From a virus, in the IMG/VR virus record IMGVR_UViG_3300010278_000003: a stretch of 64,000 nt of DNA. The stretch is one strand, 5' to 3'. The first letter of the stretch is position 1. Each line of letters opens with the position of its first letter. The position numbers and the translations under genes are program-made. Below, piece after piece: positions 43,007 through 53,185 of the stretch. The notes under the pieces were generated by a model. It saw nothing but the letters and a program-made list of their open reading frames with translations. It searched no databases and had not been told where the DNA came from.

Positions 43007-44446
43007 TTAGATTCTTGCAACAGTATCTTTATTTGTTGCTACAACTTTTGTTGTTTTAGAGATTTTTGAAATTCTATTTTCTAATTCTTCTTTAAACTTA
43101 ATTTTGTTTTTATCACCATGAACCAACCAAATTACATCACAACCATTGTTTGCTAAATTAGTGTAATAGTTTTGTAAATCTTCGAACTGCATATGTGAGC
43201 TAAACGAATCTAAGCATTTAATATCACAGCGATTGTAATATGGTTTTTGGTCTATGGTAATTGTTTTTTGAGATGGGTTATTTTTTATTTTCCAACCAAT
43301 ACCACCTTCAGCCATATAACCACAAGTTAAAATGGAACAATTACTTCTTGGTAATATCTTTTTTAAATATAAAATACTACGTCCCTGTGTTAACATGCCT
43401 GATGATGAGCATACTATTTTGGGACTGTCATCTGCTACACAAGCTATGCTTTCCTCAACTGTACGTATAACTTTTATATTTTTCCATGACATCATTCTAT
43501 TAAATTCTTCAAGCCAATAACCCTCCAAGTTGTTTCTAAAACAATCAAGTAATTTAACTGCAAGAGGGGAGTCAACAATTATTGGAATGTTAAATTCTTT
43601 ATCATCTTTAAATATATTCCAAAGTGTATACAGCATTGTTTCTGTTCGTTGTAGCGCAAAAGTGGGAATAAGAACTATTCCTTTATGATCAACACATGTT
43701 TGTGTAATGACATTCTTTATTGTTTCTATGTCTTTTTTTCGTTGATCCTTTTTTACGGATCTTCTTTTATCATTGTAAGTCGTTTCACCAATAAACATAG
43801 AACATTTTACAACAGGTGATAGTTCTTCAACAAAAGGTTGTTCGAATAAAATATTTCCTAAATCGCCTGAATAAGCAATTTTTTTAATAACCCCAGAGGG
43901 CAATTTGATGTATAGTTCTATTTGACAAGAGCCAAAAATATGACCTGCATTTATAAATTTAAACCATACATTTTCTGTGATATAATGTTCTTCGTTTTTT
44001 GAACATCCACGAAAATATTTAAGTGAGTTTTCAACATCATCAAAGTTGTAAACTGGGATATGTTCACGCTTAAATTTTCTGTTAAATGCTTGTACATCTC
44101 TTTCAAATATTTTTGCAGAGTCTTCTAACATAGGTCTAACAAAGTCAATAGTTTCTGCTGAAATATAAAAGTTGCAATGTGCTCCGTCATGAACTAATTT
44201 TGGAAGTAGAGCATAATGATCTGCGTTAATGTGAGATATTATAACTGCTGTAAGTTCTGAAGGCTTAAAATCAAATTTTCGTCTATTAATTTTATAGTCT
44301 TCATAAGGTTTTGAAGTTTGATAAATACCACAATCCAAAAGAATTTTTTCTCCTGTTGGACATTCGATCAAATAACTACTTCCAGTTACATCACATGATG
44401 ACATTCCCACGCACTTAACAGTTACTTTATCTTTTTTCTTTCCAAT
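43007..44446 (-). CDS. MBL-fold beta-CASP nuclease (extended to a probable ATT start)
   Basis: VTGS, LLDCG, SHINADH, AGHIFGS, YSGDLG, ETTY, IPTFALQR, FSSH, LVHG. Confidence 0.88.
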   Translation of the reverse strand: MGKKKDKVTVKCVGMSSCDVTGSSYLIECPTGEKILLDCGIYQTSKPYEDYKINRRKFDFKPSELTAVIISHINADHYALLPKLVHDGAHCNFYISAETIDFVRPMLEDSAKIFERDVQAFNRKFKREHIPVYNFDDVENSLKYFRGCSKNEEHYITENVWFKFINAGHIFGSCQIELYIKLPSGVIKKIAYSGDLGNILFEQPFVEELSPVVKCSMFIGETTYNDKRRSVKKDQRKKDIETIKNVITQTCVDHKGIVLIPTFALQRTETMLYTLWNIFKDDKEFNIPIIVDSPLAVKLLDCFRNNLEGYWLEEFNRMMSWKNIKVIRTVEESIACVADDSPKIVCSSSGMLTQGRSILYLKKILPRSNCSILTCGYMAEGGIGWKIKNNPSQKTITIDQKPYYNRCDIKCLDSFSSHMQFEDLQNYYTNLANNGCDVIWLVHGDKNKIKFKEELENRISKISKTTKVVATNKDTVARI

Positions 44447-44476
44447 AAGGCATTCAACCTTTCAATATGTATTTTT

Positions 44477-44674
44477 TTACTTTTTCTTTTTCTTGTTACT
44501 ATCAGAAAAATATCTTTCTGTCACTAAATTTTCTTTATACTGTTTCAGCACATCAAGATTTTCTTTAGTCGAAACCATATAATGTTTGTGATAATGACAG
44601 TGCATACCAGCAAATTCAGTTACCGGTAAAACCTTTCTTAAAGCTTTATATTCTGTTTCTGTAATCGGAATTAT
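44477..44674 (-). CDS. Small basic hypothetical protein, ATA start (not in ORF track)
   Basis: 65 codons open after SD AAAGGTGG; IIPITETEYKALRK...KKKKK. Confidence 0.5.
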   Translation of the reverse strand: MIPITETEYKALRKVLPVTEFAGMHCHYHKHYMVSTKENLDVLKQYKENLVTERYFSDSNKKKKK

Positions 44675-44717
44675 AGTAATTCCACCTTTCGTTTAAAATT
44701 TCCCAAATGGGATTGAA

Positions 44718-44789
44718 CAGGGTGTACAGGATTCGAACCTGTGCATATAGGAGTCAAATTCCTAGGTCTTTCCGCTTGACGAACACCCT
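44718..44789 (-). tRNA. tRNA-Gln(UUG)
   Basis: Acceptor AGGGTGT/ACACCCT, anticodon arm TAGGA-ATTTGAC-TCCTA, T loop TTCGAAT. Confidence 0.9.
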
Positions 44790-45020
44790 ATAATAAGAAA
44801 CGCTCCGAGTGTTAATAACTCGGAGGTTAAAAAAAAAGAGAGATTTACCCGTAAAAGGGTTTTGATTTGTATACTGCCCGTATAGGGCTTTGTAATAAAA
44901 GTTTATAAAGGAGGGTAATGCAAACAAAAATACATCACCAAGAGAAGCATATTTAGAATTGTGAATACTTATGTATATTTATAACGTTATTATTTTTGTA
45001 TGTCACAATATTTAATCTAT

Positions 45021-45455
45021 AATAAGAAAATTGAGATATCCTTTCATAATTTCAACCAATTTGACCAATATAATATGAAAGATATTTTATTTTTTTCTGT
45101 AATTAATTTGAAACCTTTTAAGAGAATAGAGGTGCTGTTTACACCAACATACATTAAAAGTGATTGACGAATTGAATATTGAATTACGAATTTTCAAATT
45201 GACGAATTAGCAAATTGTTGAAATTGTGAGAGAATGATTAACGTTTACGACTAACGTACTATTATTTGTTCTAAATTAAATTTTAAGTCTATTAGATTTA
45301 ATATTTTCCTCTTGAATAAATATAATATAAAAGTATGTAAACTTGCGTAAGCATTAATATTTTTTGATATTTCTGGCATATCTGCCTCGCAGCCTTATAG
45401 TTCATCTGCGACTGAACCGATTGACAATTAATCAGTCAATCTCAATTTTCCTATT
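45021..45455 (-). ncRNA. Candidate ~435-nt structured RNA of unknown class
   Basis: 17-bp terminal helix, H-type pseudoknot, internal AAUU-periodic repeats, no ORF of 60 aa or more. Confidence 0.6.
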
Positions 45456-45476
45456 GACAATTTTACAAAGTAGGGA

Positions 45477-46085
45477 TTAACCTACAATATCTTCTAAAGA
45501 ATCAGACAAATCCCAAATAGGTTCATAATCTACTTCAGTGGTTGCCTGAATAGCATCTATCTTTATAGATACGTCATCTGTTTCTTTTTGAAGCTTCTTT
45601 GAAATACCTCTAACATCATTTCTATCAAAATTGATAGTTGTGACATTATCTATATCATAGTAATAAGCTACCTGATTTCCGTCTGTATTAAATTTGTATC
45701 CAGAACCTCTGGAAACTGTTTCTGAAGGTTTAGTTTTAGTCATCGAGCTAAGAACGCCAATATATCCCTGTTTAATTCTGTTCATTTCAATTGAAGAATC
45801 TATATTAATTTCAGCATTCTTTTTAGCAGTATCAATAGCATTTGTAAGTTTCTGTTTTTCTACTAATGCTTTGTTGATAAATTCTATAAGCTGCATAGGC
45901 GTAAAATCAACATTATAAGATGTTTTAACAACCATAACTTCATCTTCTGCTTCAGGATTTACTTTCTTACGATTATGTGTCTGTGTTGTCTCTGTGATAA
46001 AATCTTTTTTACAAAGATAACCTTCAGCAGATGAAATGAGATTGCTTAAATAATTCTGATAACGGTAAGCTTCTTTAAGTATCAT
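45477..46085 (-). CDS. Conserved-looking coiled-coil hypothetical protein (possibly DIP1984/septicolysin-like)
   Basis: 202 aa, MILKEAYRYQNYL start, long amphipathic helices; family assignment is tentative. Confidence 0.6.
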   Translation of the reverse strand: MILKEAYRYQNYLSNLISSAEGYLCKKDFITETTQTHNRKKVNPEAEDEVMVVKTSYNVDFTPMQLIEFINKALVEKQKLTNAIDTAKKNAEINIDSSIEMNRIKQGYIGVLSSMTKTKPSETVSRGSGYKFNTDGNQVAYYYDIDNVTTINFDRNDVRGISKKLQKETDDVSIKIDAIQATTEVDYEPIWDLSDSLEDIVG

Positions 46086-46401
46086 ATTTATTCTCCTTTT
46101 AATCCAATTAATAGTTTATTATTATATTTATATATTCGCTTTTCTTTTACAAAAATCAGCTCTTACAACAACCTGTTTATAAACGTTTTTATTTATTTTT
46201 TTAAAATATACTTGCAATGTCAAAATGACACTGCAAGCTACAAAGATTGTCGGTTTGTTTCTTCCAAGACAATCGTTTTTGTATCAAGTTTTTATTTATT
46301 TTCACTATACCTACATTTAAGAAAAAACAAATTTTTGTGAAAAAGTGCTGAAAAGCCAGTAAAATCAAGGGTTTGGGACAGATTCTATTTCGCTACAAAA
46401 A

Positions 46402-47160
46402 TCAGTTTCTTAGTAATTTTGCACAAATTCTTTTGCGATTTTTCTCGTTTTCTTCAGCACATTGTGTGCAATACATTTTTTTGTTACCAGTATCCTTTAT
46501 CTTTTTTCCACAACATTTGCACTGTTTATATCCTTTTTTAAAGTTTCCTATGTACTGATTGCCAATGTTTTCGAAAGAGGTGAGTTTATAGGCGATAGTG
46601 CCGGGAGAGGAAAGAGGAACACGGATATTGAGATTGTCAATTTTCTTACCAAAACTGATGTAACCATTAATATATAATTCGTGAAGTAACTCATTTTTCT
46701 TATCAGATGGAAGTGTTACATTAGCAAGTTTGAATACTTCGGACAAACCTTTTAAATTCTTCTTGTTTATCCATCCGTCACAATTCATATATCTTGCTAT
46801 AGCAAATAGGGTAAACATAAACTTTTTTTGACGGTCATTTGGAAGGGTTTCTATAAGGGACAATTCTTCTTCATAAATAGGAATATATTCGAGTTCTCTA
46901 AAAAGATTTTCTGTTTCTAACTCATATAAAGCTGTACATGATTTTTTAATTTTTTTATAATACTTATACTCTTGGTATCCATCCAAATTAAATTCAAGCA
47001 TTTTTTCTTTAACAGTATTAATAAGTTCATTTGCTTCTTTATTTTTATCAAAATAATATTTCGCAATTAAGGTTATCAAATATCCATTGGATAAATCATC
47101 AGGTTTGTTTTTAGAGGCAAGTATGTTTCTAATATAATCTCTTTCGTTTAATATATACAG
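46402..47160 (-). CDS. Hypothetical protein with C-terminal Zn finger, coupled to the RNAP gene (probable CTG start)
   Basis: CKCC...YCTQC; frame open to a CTG at 47160 overlapping the RNAP 3' end. Confidence 0.65.
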   Translation of the reverse strand: MYILNERDYIRNILASKNKPDDLSNGYLITLIAKYYFDKNKEANELINTVKEKMLEFNLDGYQEYKYYKKIKKSCTALYELETENLFRELEYIPIYEEELSLIETLPNDRQKKFMFTLFAIARYMNCDGWINKKNLKGLSEVFKLANVTLPSDKKNELLHELYINGYISFGKKIDNLNIRVPLSSPGTIAYKLTSFENIGNQYIGNFKKGYKQCKCCGKKIKDTGNKKMYCTQCAEENEKNRKRICAKLLRN

Positions 47161-49670
47161 TTTTCTTCACCATCCATTTCTTTCAATTCTTCTAAACGTT
47201 TAATTATCAATTTCCCAATACAATCCCAACAAAACTGTCTATTTCCCTTGTAGCCATAGGTCATATCAAGTATTATATTCATACGTTCATCATCATTAGG
47301 ACATATTTCTGCTGCTTCGTTTCTAAATTTTTTAATCATATTAACTCTTTGATAATACCTATCAAATTCATCCTGTTTGTCTTTTCTTGCCTTATATTGT
47401 TTTATACATTCACAATAATACTGCTCTAATTCCTTTAAAGCTTGTCTATGTTCTTCAGTACAGCGTCTTTTTACTTTTAATTTGTTATAATCAAACGTAG
47501 AATTTTTATGTAATTGTGATTTATAGCCATCCAATTGACTTTCAACATATCTACATATTTTATTCATAGAACAATTGCCTATACCAACGGGCATTTTTCG
47601 TTCATACCAAAATAAAAATTCTTTTTGTTCGTCTGTCAAATTTTCTTTTTCACTTAATTCTTGAATAGAACATTTATAAATTGCATAACACTTTGCGTTA
47701 CTTTCTTTTACATACTGTTTATATTGTTTTTTTGTTTCATCATAAACATAAATCATAAAATATGGCTTTCTATAAGCGCATAAAGACTGTAGACGTTTAT
47801 CATCACCACAAGCACCGAGATTATACCAATATGCTGGCATAGGAGTTGCAACAATCCCTTTTATACGATCCAGCTCATTCTGCTGAAACAACTGTCCACA
47901 TTCAATTCTATACTCCAACTCTTTGTATTCTTCAGAATTTTTTTCAAAATGTGATTGAACTTCCATCATAGAAGTAACATAGTTTGTAATAGTACCAACT
48001 TGATTACCCATACCATCCTTGTTTGTTTTCTTTACAGCACTTTCAGTTACTACAATTTTTTCTGTATTACGCTGTATACATTCAATAGCAGGTAAATATC
48101 TATAACGTCTTTTAAGCACAGGATTGTTAGTGGAAAAATTAAGATCTGAATCGTAATCTTCACCATTCTCAGCCATACAGAATGAATCCCAACCATTAAT
48201 AATTATTATAGTGTCCATGTATTGATACCAATATTTACACTCGTCCGAAGAGTTTATCTTACACATTCTTATATTATTATGACTTGTCATTGGGCTTCTA
48301 AACACAACTACTTCGTCTTCATTTTTATTAATCCAGAATTTTGAATATATCTCATCAGATTTTAACAATCCAGTAACCTTTAAACCACAAATTGATTGCA
48401 TAAGAGCAAATGGATCTCCACTTGCGATTTGGTAATTACCTTTTACAAACAATTTTCCAATCTTGGCATCATTCATTTTTTTCTTAATATATCTATGTGT
48501 GGAGTCTATTATATATGGATCGCCAAGCATATATTCACTTGTATACAAGGCTCTTTGCCATGAGTTAACATCAGTATTTTCATTAATTCCAAGAAATTTG
48601 ATAGTTGAGTTATAATCTCCACACATAGCATCTTTTAGATAATTAATAGTTGGAGCACATAGTTCTTCTATATCTTCTTGCGTAAAATCATAAGACTGTA
48701 AATATTGATAGTTTAACTCTCTTTCCTCTTCAAGAACATGAGATGAAATTTTAGTAACTGAAAAGCCATAACCACACTCTCTATAAGCTGTAACATAATC
48801 TTCTATACAATCATACGCACTCCATAATTTAAGAGAAGATTCCGTTAATATCATTTCACATTTACGTAAGTCCTGTGTATTGCCCCAAATATCTTCAATC
48901 ATATAATTTCCATTATTATATTTTTCAATAAATTCATAAATTGGAAAAGGGTAAAGCATTCCTTTTAACCATGCATTTCTTAAGCATACACCACTTGGAG
49001 TATATGTAAGATTTAATGACCTTCCGACTCTTTCCATATATTGAATTGTACAAAGATTAAAACCATCAGATATATTATTTTCAAGCGTTTTATCATGAAT
49101 AATTTCACGTTTTGGTTCTTCGCCACTACTGTCATCAAGTGAAATAACATCAGCTATATATTCTGCTATACAATCTTTAACAACCAAAATACCATTTGGT
49201 TCACAGATAGGCTGTGAAGCAGAGCAGGTTAGAGCTTTATATGCTTCATATTTTGCAGGTACTAATTTTATTTCAGGGTTTCTTTTGCATTCGCATAATT
49301 CGTTTAATTTATCAATATATTCAGAATTGCAAAAGAGTAGGGTATTATTTTTTAAACCACCTGTAGTCCCAACAAAACGTCTATAATTAATACCATTTAC
49401 TATTACTTCTTTTTTACCAGTAGCCCTTGTAAAATCTGTTTTTGTATCTATTACAACTTGAAGAAAAATTTTAGAAAAGTCTATATCTTGAATGTTTTTA
49501 TGTAGTATTTTATTTGCCATTATTAAAAAATGTCTTCCTTCAAACAGCGAAATAAGTTCCTGATACTTAAAAGCTTCTTTTGCAGAAATTGTTAAATTCC
49601 AATTAGAATATTTTAATTTGTTTGTTCCAATTTTGAAAATTTCATATTGAGGTACGCTAATTCCAGCCAT
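47148..49670 (-). CDS. YonO-like single-subunit (double-psi beta-barrel) RNA polymerase
   Basis: 840 aa; DGFNL, R..W.KGML, FRSP, NGEDYDSD (DxDxD), ELDRIKG; heads the late arm as yonO does in SPbeta. Confidence 0.85.
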   Translation of the reverse strand: MAGISVPQYEIFKIGTNKLKYSNWNLTISAKEAFKYQELISLFEGRHFLIMANKILHKNIQDIDFSKIFLQVVIDTKTDFTRATGKKEVIVNGINYRRFVGTTGGLKNNTLLFCNSEYIDKLNELCECKRNPEIKLVPAKYEAYKALTCSASQPICEPNGILVVKDCIAEYIADVISLDDSSGEEPKREIIHDKTLENNISDGFNLCTIQYMERVGRSLNLTYTPSGVCLRNAWLKGMLYPFPIYEFIEKYNNGNYMIEDIWGNTQDLRKCEMILTESSLKLWSAYDCIEDYVTAYRECGYGFSVTKISSHVLEEERELNYQYLQSYDFTQEDIEELCAPTINYLKDAMCGDYNSTIKFLGINENTDVNSWQRALYTSEYMLGDPYIIDSTHRYIKKKMNDAKIGKLFVKGNYQIASGDPFALMQSICGLKVTGLLKSDEIYSKFWINKNEDEVVVFRSPMTSHNNIRMCKINSSDECKYWYQYMDTIIIINGWDSFCMAENGEDYDSDLNFSTNNPVLKRRYRYLPAIECIQRNTEKIVVTESAVKKTNKDGMGNQVGTITNYVTSMMEVQSHFEKNSEEYKELEYRIECGQLFQQNELDRIKGIVATPMPAYWYNLGACGDDKRLQSLCAYRKPYFMIYVYDETKKQYKQYVKESNAKCYAIYKCSIQELSEKENLTDEQKEFLFWYERKMPVGIGNCSMNKICRYVESQLDGYKSQLHKNSTFDYNKLKVKRRCTEEHRQALKELEQYYCECIKQYKARKDKQDEFDRYYQRVNMIKKFRNEAAEICPNDDERMNIILDMTYGYKGNRQFCWDCIGKLIIKRLEELKEMDGEENCIY

Positions 49671-49711
49671 AAATCCTCCTTTTAACTATATATGTATTTT
49701 GTTTATTATTT

Positions 49712-50047
49712 TTATTTACTTTCGGCACGTTCCTGCTCATTCAATACTTCACTACCAATATCAAAACACTGCTGCTGATATTCAAAACGAGTAATATATT
49801 TATTAAACATTTTATTTTTCCAACATTTTTCTATAAAATCACATACATGCATTTTAATATTTTCCTTGCCAACAGCAGGGAGTACCATGTTTTCAACTTC
49901 TTCAATTAAATCAAAAGTAGGAATATCATTTCTATGTAAATATAATGTTAATGTATGCTTACCTCTATCACTGTTAATTAATGCTGCAACCGAATATCTA
50001 TCCGTAATATCTACAGAAATTATGTTTCCTAAATTTGTATATCTCAT
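49712..50047 (-). CDS. Hypothetical protein
   Basis: 111 aa, SD AAGGAG. Confidence 0.6.
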   Translation of the reverse strand: MRYTNLGNIISVDITDRYSVAALINSDRGKHTLTLYLHRNDIPTFDLIEEVENMVLPAVGKENIKMHVCDFIEKCWKNKMFNKYITRFEYQQQCFDIGSEVLNEQERAESK

Positions 50048-50070
50048 TCAAATCTCTCCTTCTATGTGAA

Positions 50071-50346
50071 TTATCTAATTTTAATTATTTGTTTTTTACT
50101 GCACAAAATATCAAATTTATTTGCGTTTTCTATGTATATAGCCCATTTTGACTCACATTCAATCTTAGTTTTTGTGCCATCCCAAGGATTATCAAAGTGA
50201 ATTCTTTCAATTAGTCCTCCCCAATGCCTATGAGATTCTTCACGATCAACCCTAAATTTTTTATGGTCATAGGGTTCTTTTATATTGTTAACTTTCTCTT
50301 TTAATTCTTCTTTTAGTTCTTCGTTCATTAATATCAATCCTTTCAT
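50071..50346 (-). CDS. Hypothetical protein
   Basis: ORF track; likely start MNEELK. Confidence 0.5.
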   Translation of the reverse strand: MKGLILMNEELKEELKEKVNNIKEPYDHKKFRVDREESHRHWGGLIERIHFDNPWDGTKTKIECESKWAIYIENANKFDILCSKKQIIKIR

Positions 50347-50425
50347 TTGTCATTAACATCACACTCCTTTTGATAATTTGAAATGCTGTCTAAGTAATAG
50401 AGTATCTGAGTTATAGGGTAGGTGG

Positions 50426-50695
50426 TTAATTCCTACCCCAAAATTCTACTTTCTGTAAATTATTTGGTGCAGATATTTTATCTGTATTTATTGAAATGGG
50501 ATTTATCTTAGTAATAGTATTTACTTTTGATACTGTAATAGCAGGGTCAACTATTATCTCTGATATAATTCCTTCTTCCTGTATTGATTTCTTGAATTTT
50601 TCATATTCATCACCTGAAATATCATCAAAAAATTCAAGATTTCTTGGATGTGCCTTTAACACATCAATAGATACATTTGTTATTTCTTTACTCAT
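50426..50695 (-). pseudogene. Truncated ParB/Srx N-terminal domain gene
   Basis: SIDVLKAHPRN...FKKSIQEEGIISEIIV is ParB-like, but the GxxR motif and the rest of the domain are replaced by unrelated sequence. Confidence 0.6.
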
Positions 50696-50787
50696 TTGTT
50701 GCTCCTTTCGTATTTTAAAATTAATAAAATAGTTTTATTGAATGTTTAAGCATTTCAGCTTACATTTTATTATTCGCTTTTTAATAA

Positions 50788-51609
50788 TTATTTTTGGTCA
50801 AATTCCCATAACTCCAATTCTTCTCTCTGCATTTTCTGATTTTCTAAAATTTCTATTTGTTTTTGTATTTCTACAGATGCATCATAATTACTATCTATTT
50901 TCTGATTTCCGTAATCATCTCGTTTAAAATGTCTATAGTCTGCAAAAACTTTTGGAGTAGTAAGAAATTTCTTTTTATTATCTTTATAATATTGTTCTCT
51001 CTTTAGTGGTTGAAATTTTATAATTTTAAGTGCTTCTAAAATATTAACTATACGTCCAATATATCTTTCAGAAAGATCAATATCTTCTGAAATTGTTTTA
51101 AAATGTCTATAACAGCATAATGGTTTGTCTTCCATACGATTTAAATTTACACGAATATATGAAAGTAAAAGCAGAAGATACGCAGATGACATCCTTGCAA
51201 GATCAATATCTTTATTATCTTTTAACTCTTCTTTAAAATTTAAAATTTTATCTAATTCATCAAAATAAATAATTCCAAAATTATCTGGAACATCAAATTT
51301 TTCAATGTTTAATTTTACTTGCTGATATTTTTCAGAGTTAGTATTTGCTTCTAAACATTTTTCAAAATCTGGATGCAAGCCAAAATAATCATAATGCGAA
51401 AGCTGTAAAAGCACTTCATAATATTTTTGATTAATTTTACCTTTTCTATAATTAGGTTTAAGCTTAGACCAATTACAAAGTTCCGTTGTCGAAAATGCAA
51501 CCGTATCATCAAGAGAACGTCTAACACATAAATATGAGAAAATAATTACTCGTTTATCAGTTAGTTTTTTGTTGTAAATAATATCTCTTGGAATTTTCAC
51601 ATAATTCAA
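50788..51609 (-). CDS. Putative tandem winged-helix DNA-binding / replication protein
   Basis: YVKIPRDII...IFSYL and FKTISEDIDLSERYIGRIVNILEALKII wHTH-like segments. Confidence 0.55.
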   Translation of the reverse strand: MNYVKIPRDIIYNKKLTDKRVIIFSYLCVRRSLDDTVAFSTTELCNWSKLKPNYRKGKINQKYYEVLLQLSHYDYFGLHPDFEKCLEANTNSEKYQQVKLNIEKFDVPDNFGIIYFDELDKILNFKEELKDNKDIDLARMSSAYLLLLLSYIRVNLNRMEDKPLCCYRHFKTISEDIDLSERYIGRIVNILEALKIIKFQPLKREQYYKDNKKKFLTTPKVFADYRHFKRDDYGNQKIDSNYDASVEIQKQIEILENQKMQREELELWEFDQK

Positions 51610-52315
51610 AATTATTTCACCTCCTTAGTTGTTTAACATTTAATTCTTTATTCTCTTTTTATTTTTTAGATTTTTATTAAAATTTCATTTAGGTACATAT
51701 ATAGCGTACCTAAAAATAAAAATTTTTATCATTTGGGTACATGCCAGCTATCATTTTTGTGCAGTCAATATCTAAATAGACTCATTATTATCAAGAGAAG
51801 AATATTAACTCATATTCCGCTAAAGCTACATATGAGTTAATTTAACTTTCCGCTAAATAGCGTAAAGTTAAAAATTATTTCGCTTCGCTTTTGTCAAACT
51901 TTTCTCTTTTTAATATTTTTATCTTTCTCTATTTGTTTTTCTCTGTTTTGTATTTAAACCTATGTAGAGTAGAGTGGAGCAGTTTACTGTGTAGTTTAAA
52001 ATTACCCCCCATATAGCTAATACCACAGTTTTTGTAATTATTTTATAAATTTTAATATGTTTACAATTTGATTTTTGTTTATATTGCACAAATGCAATTA
52101 TTTGTATATTATTAAAATCCTTTGTATTTCGACTTGTAGTTAATTTATTTATCTTAAATGATTAATTTATCATTGAGATATAAAAATCTCTTAAAAGTTA
52201 AATAAGAGCAAATTTTAATAGGGTATAAAAATAGGCATCTGAATTTTGTTCATATACGAAATAAATTTCATACACGAAGTAAATTTCAAATGCCTGTAAT
52301 TGATCCTGTAATTGA

Positions 52316-53185
52316 TTATGCTATATTCTGTGCCAGTATATCAAAGATGTTCTTGGGTGATGAAATGTCTGTTCTAAGATTAAGCCTTTCCATGATCGAA
52401 TCGATTGTTGCAGAATATAAATCTCTAATATTTTTGTAATAGTTGATAACATCTAAATCATAAGGTTTTTCTTCTGAGCTGTTTTCTAACATATAATCCT
52501 TTATGTAGTCAGAGAGTTCTATGTCATATGTATCCTGCATTTCATTTATTGTTATGTGAAGAGTATCTGCAAGAGTGATGTTATAAGCCGAATTACTGTT
52601 TGCGTATTCTGTGAGCAGCTTTAATTTTTCAAACATTCTTGATTTCCAGCGAGAGTATTTAAGTTCTGATAATTTCTTTGTAGATGAAATGGGTGAAGAT
52701 GTTTGAAATTTAAGTGCTGATATATCTTCCTGCATCTGTGTTATTGTTTGTGTAAGAGTAATAACTGCATCTATAAGTGGTTGAATATTCTGCTGTGTAT
52801 TTAATGTGTTGTGTCTATATTTTTCAATTATATCCCATACCCAATCCATGAAAAGGTTAGCTTTAGGCTGTCTTGACCATCTGCAAATTTCCATGACACC
52901 TCTTTCTGTGTAGTAAACACGTTCAGTTATAAGATTTTCATTTTGTTCTCGAATAGCCCCATTTTGGGTATAGTCGAAAGTTTTATCTTTTATTCTTACA
53001 CATAATTCGTCTAATCTATCTTTGTGTTTAAGATGGATTTTACGAATTGCTTTAGACGGATCAACATATTCTAATGCCTGCCCAATCTGTTCTCTTGTAA
53101 GAAGAATGTCATTATTCATGTTTCTGTAAAAATTACATGATAAGTTGTTAAAGTCCTCTGTTGTGATTAATGTCAAATTGCTCAT
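52316..53185 (-). CDS. BRO-N family antirepressor-like protein
   Basis: TREQIGQALEY...YTERGVMEICRWSRQPKANLFMDWV. Confidence 0.85.
   Translation of the reverse strand: MSNLTLITTEDFNNLSCNFYRNMNNDILLTREQIGQALEYVDPSKAIRKIHLKHKDRLDELCVRIKDKTFDYTQNGAIREQNENLITERVYYTERGVMEICRWSRQPKANLFMDWVWDIIEKYRHNTLNTQQNIQPLIDAVITLTQTITQMQEDISALKFQTSSPISSTKKLSELKYSRWKSRMFEKLKLLTEYANSNSAYNITLADTLHITINEMQDTYDIELSDYIKDYMLENSSEEKPYDLDVINYYKNIRDLYSATIDSIMERLNLRTDISSPKNIFDILAQNIA

Noticed and set aside
45160-45255. CRISPR array
   Set aside because: Units are 7-8 nt, degenerate and without spacers; no cas genes are present.
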